Origin: Pseudomonadota bacterium
GTDB taxonomy: Bacteria; Pseudomonadota; Gammaproteobacteria; RBG-16-57-12
Assembly (NCBI GenBank): GCA_040752855.1
Contig: JBFMHP010000039.1
Location: forward strand, 5,202-69,201
DNA: 64,000 nucleotides
Direction of reading: 5' to 3'
How positions within the stretch are numbered: the stretch's first letter is position 1; each line of letters begins with the position of its first letter. The notes beneath the pieces are model-generated. The model ran no database searches and was not told where the DNA came from. It worked only from the letters and a program-made list of their open reading frames with translations. Of this stretch, positions 1 through 6,992 are shown one piece after another. The position numbers were made by a program, and so were the translations under genes.

Positions 1-70
1 GCACTGCACTGCCACAACCTCCAAGAACCAACCAGAACGTACCCAAGAACTCTGCGCTGTATTTTTTCAT
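1..70 (-). CDS. aqpZ: aquaporin Z, 5' end only (runs off the window)
   Basis: Minus strand reads [23 protein letters not shown] from ATG at 70, with AGAAAGGA upstream; this is the AqpZ N-terminal AEFxGTFWLVxGGCGSAV motif. Confidence 0.9.
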   Translation of the reverse strand, partial: MKKYSAEFLGTFWLVLGGCGSAV

Positions 71-485
71 GATTTTTTTCCTTTCTTTGTCGGCTATAAG
101 ACCTAGCGCTGATTACCAGCGGATGTAACCCATCTTGTGTATTGGCGGGTCATGTGCACTTGCTATGTTCTGGTCTTCGTTTCATTGCAACGAACGCCAA
201 TGCTCTTTCAAAATTTATTCGAGCTCGTAGAGGTGCCCATATTTTTTCATATAGGTCGCGACATAAGCATAGTCCACTGTTGTGTTTCCGGATCGCTCAT
301 CCCTCTTTGCTTCTAATTTCCTGCTCTTATGCTTCAGTAACAATAAGCATAGCAAACGATTTTTCTCTGTGAGCAGCGTACAGAGCGATTTTACTTGTCT
401 GTACTTTAGGGACACACATACGCTCCCGTTATCATTCTGCCATCGCACGCATGATGTAGTACACAAGAAACATAATCGAACGCAG

Positions 486-1031
486 TTTACGAGGTTGATG
501 CGGCTCCGTATCCTACGCATCCCTTCCAACCCTGCGCTTCGTAAAAAGATAAAGATGAGGTGTATTCACCCGCAAATTTTTCCAGATCTGCAGACTGCGC
601 GTCATAGCCGAAGATAATCGTGAAATAGCCAGGATGGTTGGCGGTATAGGAACCCAGTGTGGTGGACTGCGGAAGCTAGTATCCGCGCACAACAATATAG
701 TGGCTATCGTTCTTAGCCGCATTGGCCTTGTTGCCGCGCATTACTTTACCGAACTCGTCCAGAAAGACTCAGCCCGACCCTGAACCAGCGCAGGATATTC
801 CTTGGGCACACCAGGGCTGACATGACAACCTTTGGTCATCAAAGGCGATCATTGTTTCGGCAGTGTTGCCGTAACGCAGCTCCGCAATAGCTCACCGCTT
901 TAGGCAGACAACCCCAGATTATCATCCAACGATGCATTGCGCAGAACGGAAAACAGACTGGTGAGCACCGCCGCATCGGCGAACGGGGGAGTCTCTGCGA
1001 CGGTCATCTGGGCGATGAAGCCATTCAGCAT
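486..1031 (-). pseudogene. probable degraded gene of unknown function
   Basis: Protein-like blocks (MLNGFIAQMTVAETPPFADAAVL..., AIAELRYGNTAETMIAFDDQ, FLDEFGKVMRGNKANAAKNDSHYIVVRGY*LPQSTTLGSYTANHPGYFTIIFGYDAQ...) broken by stops and frame changes. Confidence 0.35.
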
Positions 1032-1066
1032 AGCTCGACATCATATGGTGGGTGTACCGCAAACTA

Positions 1067-1358
1067 GAGATGTCCCTTCTCCCCCAGGGAGAAGGATAGG
1101 ATGAGGGGGGTACAAATCAATCCCCTCACCCTAGGAGTCCGCGCGGTAGAAAGCAACGCTGCTGCAAAAATGGGACAGCGGCCCGTTTTCTGCCGCGCAG
1201 ACTCCTACTCCTCCCGACTCGGTTTCGGACTTCGCCCTCGACTACCTGCTCCCGGCGCAGACTATCTCGCACCTCCTGGGCTCGTACCGACTCCATCCGT
1301 GGAGTCGTCCCTGAGGGAGCGGGGATGAAATTAGATATCTTTTGCCGCCCGGATAATA
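1067..1358. mobile_element. MITE-like element with CCCTCACCCTA/GGGAGAGGG-type palindromes and nested insertions
   Basis: Homologous to 2004-2211 (shared AATCAATCCCCTCACCCTAG, TCCCTGAGGGAG, AGATATCTTTTGCCGCC); left end not clearly intact. Confidence 0.7.
1132..1207. mobile_element. 76-bp nested MITE with 21-bp terminal inverted repeats
   Basis: Left TAGGAGTCCGCGCGGTAGAAA versus right reverse complement TAGGAGTCTGCGCGGCAGAAA (19/21); sits at the CTAG of the host element. Confidence 0.75.
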
Positions 1359-1422
1359 ATGTGCAAACGATGCGTACTACTCGCAAACATTAGCGAGGTT
1401 TCCCTCGCCTTTTGTCCATTTG

Positions 1423-1965
1423 TTATGAGTTATCGGGCTCCGGCGTCAGCACCAACTGACCATCTTTGACAGGGATGCGCTGACCTGGATCGTAATTCAT
1501 GCGCACGACCGCTTCTTTATCGCCGAGCCGGTATTTCACGTCATATCCCACGTGCTTCTGCGCGGTGTCGTATACCGTCTTGCAGCGGGTCTCCTTTACG
1601 TTCTCAGTGTCGGCGGCCTGCATATTGGCCTGAATCCGATTCCCGGCATACCCCCCTGCCACGGCACCACCGACTGTTGCCAAGGTTTTGCCCCTGCCAT
1701 CGCCGATCTGATTGCCCAGTAAACCGCCCACTACCGCACCGATGGCGGTTCCTGCGATCCGATCCTCGTCCTTGACCGGCGCCTGCTTCTTAACAACCAC
1801 GTCCTCGCAAACCTGGCGCGGCGTGCGGACGGTTTCCTTAACCTCTTCGACCTTAATGACTTCAGCGTACGAAGGACCCGCCATCATCTTATAACCGGCG
1901 ACACCACCAACGGCGGTCACTGAAACTGCGCCGATAACTACACCCGTCAACATCGACTTATCCAA
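1423..1965 (-). CDS. ycfJ: glycine-zipper 2TM surface antigen, YcfJ-like
   Basis: GTAIGAVVGGLLGNQIGDGRGKTLATVGGAVAGGYAGN glycine zipper and C-terminal GYDVKYRLG...MNYDPGQRIPV; TTG start with AGGAGG RBS. Confidence 0.85.
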   Translation of the reverse strand: MDKSMLTGVVIGAVSVTAVGGVAGYKMMAGPSYAEVIKVEEVKETVRTPRQVCEDVVVKKQAPVKDEDRIAGTAIGAVVGGLLGNQIGDGRGKTLATVGGAVAGGYAGNRIQANMQAADTENVKETRCKTVYDTAQKHVGYDVKYRLGDKEAVVRMNYDPGQRIPVKDGQLVLTPEPDNS

Positions 1966-2003
1966 GATTATTCCTCCTCAAATTGGGATTACTTTGAATT
2001 TGC

Positions 2004-2211
2004 TATTAACCCTGCGATCAAGTGAATCTGTCGCGCATTCAAGATACGCCCCTTCTCCCTCAGGGACGACTCCATGGATGGAGCCGGTTGAACGAAGTCC
2101 GGAACCCGAATCGCGAAAGAAAGATGAGGAGGTAAAATCAATCCCCTCACCCTAGCCCTCTCCCTGAGGGAGAGGGAATGAAAACAGATATCTTTTGCCG
2201 CCAGGTTAATA
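2004..2211. mobile_element. MITE-like element with imperfect TIRs and internal palindromes
   Basis: Ends TATTAACCCTGCGATCAA and CTTTTGCCGCCAGGTTAATA; internal CCCTCTCCCTGAGGGAGAGGG; a 47-bp CGACTCCATGGATGGAG element is inserted at 2067-2113. Confidence 0.7.
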
Positions 2212-2436
2212 AATAGAATGAAATTCAGCCCATATTCTAGCCAAGCTGCAAGACCGCGTGAAGCGCAACTAGGCCGCCATTGATCGTCAGGAATACCGAC
2301 GACGAAAGACTGTGAATTGCACCACATAATCAGTGGGCAACACTTGTATTCAGCGGCCGCCGAATAACGCAATCAAAACGATTTGAGGGATTTAGCCCGA
2401 ATGGCACTTACTTAAGACAAGCCGCTTGCTCGTCCC

Positions 2437-2952
2437 TTACGCGACAGCGGAAAACTCTTCCCGATACTTCGCCAAGCCGGCAACGTCTTTCATCTTGGAC
2501 TGATCCAAAATCAGCACCATAAACACATCATCCGGCACTTCCCACCCACACTTTATTCCATAGCCGGCGGCGGGCTGGAATCCGAAGCGCGGGCAGTACT
2601 CGGGGTGCCCCACGACCACCACAAAAGGGCAACCCATTCCCCGGAGCCGCTGAGTCCCCGCTTCGATCAACCTTCCACCGATGCCCTGCCCATGAAACTC
2701 AGGGAGCACCGCCATCTGCCCCAAACCTGCACCCATGATGATCTCGTTCCCACTGATCAACGACACCGGGCTATACAAAATGTGACCGACGACCCTATCC
2801 TCGATGACGGCAACCAGCGACAACATGACACCGCCATTTGATCTCAAGGGATCGACGAGACGTCCTTCCAGAGACTGCCCAAATGCACGTTCGCTCACCT
2901 CACGGATCGCGTTGATGTCCTGAGCGCGTTCGGCGCGGATAGTCGCTGACAT
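2437..2952 (-). CDS. GNAT family N-acetyltransferase, YhbS-like
   Basis: VVGHILYSPV, MAVLPEFHGQGIGGRLI (acetyl-CoA motif), VVVGHPEYCPRFGF; likely start MSATIRAE at 2952. Confidence 0.85.
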   Translation of the reverse strand: MSATIRAERAQDINAIREVSERAFGQSLEGRLVDPLRSNGGVMLSLVAVIEDRVVGHILYSPVSLISGNEIIMGAGLGQMAVLPEFHGQGIGGRLIEAGTQRLRGMGCPFVVVVGHPEYCPRFGFQPAAGYGIKCGWEVPDDVFMVLILDQSKMKDVAGLAKYREEFSAVA

Positions 2953-3613
2953 GCCAAATCCTGGTTTAATAGTTTGGTGGGTGTCCAATAATTCTATAAT
3001 TCGATTCGTGACTCAGCCCTCTACTACTATTTTTATAAAGCTCAGAATTACGTATGTGCTGAGACCAGCAATCAAAACGGCCTTTCTTAATGAGCGTGCT
3101 AGTTTTTGAATGCGAGGGTCATTGGATTCTCCGGTACCCCAAATGATATTAAGCACATCCATCGTCTCTGCAGCACCCAACTTGTATCCGATATAAAGTG
3201 CAGCTGATCCAATAACCAAAATCCACCCATAGAAGATCGGCAACGTGTAAACCGAGTTTATCCTCATGAGGAACCACATCTTAAACGGGAACTCCCATGA
3301 GAGCATAAGCGGAAGCAAAAACACCGTCAGCATCCCGAATGTGGAGGCGATGATACCCCCTATAATTCGACTCAGCGCCGACGGCTCATCTCTGCGAGGT
3401 AAATTATGTCCAGGCATGTCTTCAGCAACCCGTTCTCCTGCGTTTGTGCTGACCGATATGCACAGCCAAAGGGCGTAGGATGTGGTGAACGCAGTGAACC
3501 GCATCGTTCGGATTTTTGTAACCAGGTGTTCACGATCGATGCGGTTCGTTCCTTACCGCACCCTACGATGCTCTGACATACCAAATCCTGGTTTAATAGT
3601 TTGGTGGGTGTCC
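2946..3613. repeat. 41-bp direct repeat pair (2946-2986, 3573-3613)
   Basis: CTGACAT(G/A)CCAAATCCTGGTTTAATAGTTTGGTGGGTGTCC, one mismatch. Confidence 0.95.
3013..3417 (-). CDS. hypothetical membrane protein (about three TM segments)
   Basis: Hydrophobic stretches; probable start MPGHNLP because the longer ORF-track start lies inside a REP element. Confidence 0.6.
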   Translation of the reverse strand: MPGHNLPRRDEPSALSRIIGGIIASTFGMLTVFLLPLMLSWEFPFKMWFLMRINSVYTLPIFYGWILVIGSAALYIGYKLGAAETMDVLNIIWGTGESNDPRIQKLARSLRKAVLIAGLSTYVILSFIKIVVEG

Positions 3614-3728
3614 TGTAATTCGCCCTCTCGTAGCGCTCGTAGTGCATATCTAGACCTGACCCCGTTCGTGTGTGTTTGACCCCGTTCGTGTGTTCGATCG
3701 ATGCGGTTCGTTCCTTACCGCATCCCAC
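3475..3728. repeat. GTAG-type REP elements (3475-3505 +, 3538-3566 -, 3700-3728 -), BIME-like
   Basis: GTAGGATGTGGTGAACGCAGTGAACCGCATC and two copies of GT(A/G)GG(G/A)TGCGGTAAGGAACGAACCGCATC. Confidence 0.8.
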
Positions 3729-3759
3729 GAGCTACATATCTAGACCTAGCCCCGTTCGT
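3645..3759. repeat. TGACCCC/GGGGTCA-motif direct repeats
   Basis: CATATCTAGACCT(GA/AG)CCCCGTTCGT at 3645-3669 and 3735-3759; TGACCCCGTTCGTGTGT at 3657-3673 and 3677-3693. Confidence 0.85.
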
Positions 3760-3761
3760 CG

Positions 3762-3807
3762 CTCGGGCAAGGTTTCGCCCCATCGGCTGCAGCGCCGTGT
3801 TAGCCGG
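3762..3807 (-). other. truncated attC-like site (left half)
   Basis: Directly after the stop codon, minus strand reads CCGGCTAAC-ACGGC-GCTGCAGCCGA-TGGGCGAAACCTTGCCC, i.e. R'' + spacer + L'' + central loop; L' and R' are absent. Confidence 0.65.
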
Positions 3808-4833
3808 TCAATCTAGCGGCACCCTTAGTCGTGATTCCATCTTTTCTACCAGCCTATCCATACCTTTACGATCTTTCGAGTCCAGATTAATATCATCTTC
3901 GACTCTTATACTATATGTATCCGCATTTACATTTTTTATTACTCTAGATAATAATTCTCGAATCACGTCTTCCGCTTGAGATAAGTAACTATATAGCACG
4001 CGCAGATCCTTATGTTTATAAATAGCCACTTTTGGATGCGCTACATCGACATAGCTTCTAAGAATCAATAGCGGTATAAAATCTCCTTCAATTTCATCAT
4101 CAGTATAACCAAGGATTGTTAATCCTTTACGAATATCATCTTTAGAGTTCTCAGATGAGACAAACAATATTTCTACTGCTTTGCAGTAATTCAAAATTGT
4201 TTCAGCCATGAATTCCCATGGCGAGTCTCCACAAACATTTAGCCGACAAGCAATATGGAAGTATGATATAGCCGCAGCTAATCGACGATTGTTCGCTCCA
4301 TGAAATAGTGGAAAATAGTCCAATGAATTCACAATATGCCTTTCAAGAATTTCTTGCTCTACTGTTCTCATGCGAATTCGCCATTCCTGCGGCATATGCT
4401 CCCACCTGAACTCTATTCCTCCAACATTTCCTCCAATGTGTAATACTATCGGAGGATCTGAGAACTCTAGATTCAGAAGAGTGGGATATATAAACTTAAA
4501 TAAAGTTAATGTCCCATCGAGATGAGAAAGTGATTCACAACTAAATTCATACGTTAATTTGTCCCCCTTTAAAACAAATTTTGAATCACCGCGTTCAAAT
4601 ATTACATCCAGTGGCTCTAATCCAGGGTTAGACTTAGCTTGCCATTTACCATTATTAGCATTCATTAATACCGAGGCTGCATGTGCCTTTACGAGAGTAC
4701 GACCATAATCATTCTCCGTACCAAATGCCGTTGCGGGTGCTAATTTTAGATTCAGCATACATCTGTTTGGAAAAGACAACTCCTTACCAGATGGTACGAC
4801 CAATATACGAGTATGAAGCTGATATGTAAGCAT
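3808..4833 (-). CDS. AT-rich cassette-type protein with putative C-terminal HEPN domain
   Basis: GTTAGGC 13 bp upstream of ATG; helical C-terminus with LNYCKAVEILF and RSYVDVAH (R-x6-H). Confidence 0.65.
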   Translation of the reverse strand: MLTYQLHTRILVVPSGKELSFPNRCMLNLKLAPATAFGTENDYGRTLVKAHAASVLMNANNGKWQAKSNPGLEPLDVIFERGDSKFVLKGDKLTYEFSCESLSHLDGTLTLFKFIYPTLLNLEFSDPPIVLHIGGNVGGIEFRWEHMPQEWRIRMRTVEQEILERHIVNSLDYFPLFHGANNRRLAAAISYFHIACRLNVCGDSPWEFMAETILNYCKAVEILFVSSENSKDDIRKGLTILGYTDDEIEGDFIPLLILRSYVDVAHPKVAIYKHKDLRVLYSYLSQAEDVIRELLSRVIKNVNADTYSIRVEDDINLDSKDRKGMDRLVEKMESRLRVPLD

Positions 4834-4853
4834 AGTTACTCTTGCCGCCTAAC

Positions 4854-4873
4854 GAGGCTGTAGAAAAACTCCC
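4854..4873. mobile_element. solo IS terminal-repeat-like remnant abutting the cassette core site
   Basis: GAGGCTGTAGAAAAACTCCC resembles IS1182/IS5-type ends as I recall them; no partner end or transposase seen. Confidence 0.35.
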
Positions 4874-4971
4874 GACAAAGCCGGAAGTGACGTGAATCTT
4901 TGATGGGCGCCCTGTAAATCCTGTAAATCTTCAGTAAATCTTCATTACCGAATCCTGCGAGCTGAGCGCAA

Positions 4972-5897
4972 TTAAAGTTGATCTAATTCGATCACGTCCC
5001 GGATTCTATCAAACTGTACAGTCGTAGCCTCAAGACGAATCTCAAGAAACCCAGTCAGCTCTTTCGCTCGATCTGTCCGGGGCTTCCACTGGCTAAAGTC
5101 CATTGGCACGACGTCACTCACTATCTGAGTATTCGGAGCGAAAGTCGCTCTCTTTGAGTTCCAATTAAAAAATCCGGTTCCACTAATACCAACCAACCGC
5201 TCTAACTTGTCGCAGACCCGTTCAGCCCTAAACGAGATTGCAGTACATAGGTACTCACACCCGGATCGTATCGAAACGTATTGCGGGTTATCAAATTCAA
5301 CAGCAATATTGATCACCCAGCCAAGCTCTTTAGTTTCGGGTTCATTGTCGAGCAGGTAGTTTGAAACCAGTCGAGGACTTTCTTTCCTCGTATGGTTAAG
5401 TCCTCCGCATTGAAGTGCACCGGCGTACTTGGTTCGTTTGCAAAGTGAAGGCTTACCGAGATCTGGCCCCATCTCGTAATGTCCGCTTCCCATCGCGCTC
5501 CAATAAAGAACTTCTTGTTTGCTGGATCATTTTCGACTAGCGAAAGGGCCTGGATCCCATAGTGCGCACACTTGACCAATGCTGGCTTAGAGAAGCCGCG
5601 ACGAGACATTAGTATCTTGAAATTTGCATTGACATCCTGTGCTTTGGTTACGAATCCATCGACTTCTGGTGTTCCGACTTTTCTCCCAAGATCTTTACAT
5701 TCTATGATGCCCAACATCTGCTGACCTGCAAATACGCCGCGTACGACAACATCAAATTGTCGAGACTGTCCCAAGCGATCTGGGATGATCTCGTTGTGAG
5801 CAACAGTAGCTGCAGGGTCAATTTGTGTTTGAATTGCAGCCACAACTTTCTCAAAGGCAATCCCTGGCGGAGTTGCAGGCATGCTAGTAGACGTCAT
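4972..5897 (-). pseudogene. PD-(D/E)xK restriction-endonuclease-fold (Mrr_cat-like) gene split by a 1-nt frameshift at ~5364-5366
   Basis: FEKVV...RQFDVVV...IIECKD...VGTPEVDGF...SRRGFSKPA; one extra T in TGG TTT CAA AC joins the ORFs as KKVLDWFSNYLLDNEP; GTTAGGC 3 bp upstream of ATG. Confidence 0.75.
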
Positions 5898-6018
5898 ATG
5901 GCCTAACCCGATACATACAGAATCTATGCATACTGGAATATACAGAATCCTGCGACTCCATCTTATCCACCGCAACCACTCTCATCCAAAAGTTTATCCC
6001 GTGCAAGTTGTCGCCCAC

Positions 6019-6061
6019 AAAAACGCCCGAGCGATTTTCATCAGTCGGGCGTTAGTTTTTT
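6019..6061 (-). terminator. intrinsic terminator downstream of nrdJb, possibly bidirectional
   Basis: AAAAACGCCCGA...TCGGGCGTT stem with A/T tracts on both sides. Confidence 0.65.
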
Positions 6062-6090
6062 CAATTCACCATCCATGGCCGCACCTCAAA

Positions 6091-6804
6091 TCAACCGCAC
6101 TTCGATTCACCACAGTTCAAGCAAGTCATGCAATTATCCATCTTGATCATAGCCTTGGTATTGCATTTGCCACACAGTGCGGCGCCGGCTGGGAAGCTGT
6201 TGCTTTCGGCGGCTTCCGCTTGCTTAAGCGCCCCTTCGAATTCAGCGCGTTTTTCGGCGATGAGTTTCTTTTGGTGTTCGTCGAGGCCGTCATCTTTGAG
6301 CAGGCCGATCATGCGCATGTGGCGTTCGATGACGTCGCCGATTTCAGCGACGAGTGAGGGCATGTATTTGCCGCCTTTTTTGAAGTAGCCGCCGCGCGGG
6401 TCGAAGACGGAGCGCAGCTCTTCGACGAGGAAGGTGACGTCGCCGCCTTTGCGGAACACCGCAGAAATGATGCGGGTGAGTGCGACGATCCATTGGAAGT
6501 GGTCCATGTTTTTCGAGTTGATGAAGATCTCGAAGGGGCGGCGCAGTTCGTGTTTGGTGCCGGCGTTGAGCACGACGTCGTTGATGGTGACGTAGAGAGA
6601 GTGCTCGGTGAGCGGGGTGCGGATCTTGTAGGTGGAGCCGATCAGCATTTCCGGGCGTTCGAGTTTTTCGTGCATTTGCACGACTTTGGCCTCACTGGGC
6701 TTTTTCTCTTCTTTTTCCGCTTCTACTTTTTTGGCCAGGGCGGCTTCGTCTTCGGGTTTGGCGACGTTGAAGCCGACGATTTTCTTTTCGATTTTGATTG
6801 CCAT
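6091..6804 (-). CDS. nrdJb: class II ribonucleotide reductase C-terminal subunit NrdJb (TSCPD domain)
   Basis: GSTYKIRTP...YVTIND...PFEIFINSK and C-terminal CGKC...CMTCLNCGESKCG; directly downstream of nrdJa. Confidence 0.9.
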   Translation of the reverse strand: MAIKIEKKIVGFNVAKPEDEAALAKKVEAEKEEKKPSEAKVVQMHEKLERPEMLIGSTYKIRTPLTEHSLYVTINDVVLNAGTKHELRRPFEIFINSKNMDHFQWIVALTRIISAVFRKGGDVTFLVEELRSVFDPRGGYFKKGGKYMPSLVAEIGDVIERHMRMIGLLKDDGLDEHQKKLIAEKRAEFEGALKQAEAAESNSFPAGAALCGKCNTKAMIKMDNCMTCLNCGESKCG

Positions 6805-6885
6805 GGTTGGTCTCCGTTCGGTGCGTTGTTTGCACCGTGGGGGTTGTATTTTTTTGTATTGATGAGGGGTATTGATAATTTTATT

Positions 6886-6981
6886 CCCTCACCCTAACCC
6901 TCTCCCTGAGGGAGAGGGGATTGCATCATATTGTTGGTGGGCGGAGCCCACCCTACATCTCTCCCGCCTGCGGGAGAGGGG
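6886..6981. repeat. palindromic repeat cluster between nrdJa and nrdJb
   Basis: CCCTCACCCTAACCCTCTCCCTGAGGGAGAGGGG, GGTGGGCGGAGCCCACCCTAC and TCTCCCGCCTGCGGGAGAGGGG. Confidence 0.8.
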
Positions 6982-6992
6982 ATTACATCGAT

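Noticed and set aside
215-529. Short ORFs upstream of aqpZ
   Set aside because: No recognisable motifs or RBS, and overlapping ORFs occur on both strands of an AT-rich stretch.
3475-3760. Possible CRISPR array
   Set aside because: Repeats are of mixed types and orientations with irregular spacing, and there are no cas genes.
5915-5950. LexA box upstream of the nuclease gene
   Set aside because: CTGGAATATACAG has 7 rather than 10 bp between CTG and CAG.
1-6090. Complete integron or true attC array
   Set aside because: No intI, no convincing attI, and only one half attC plus two GTTAGGC core sites.
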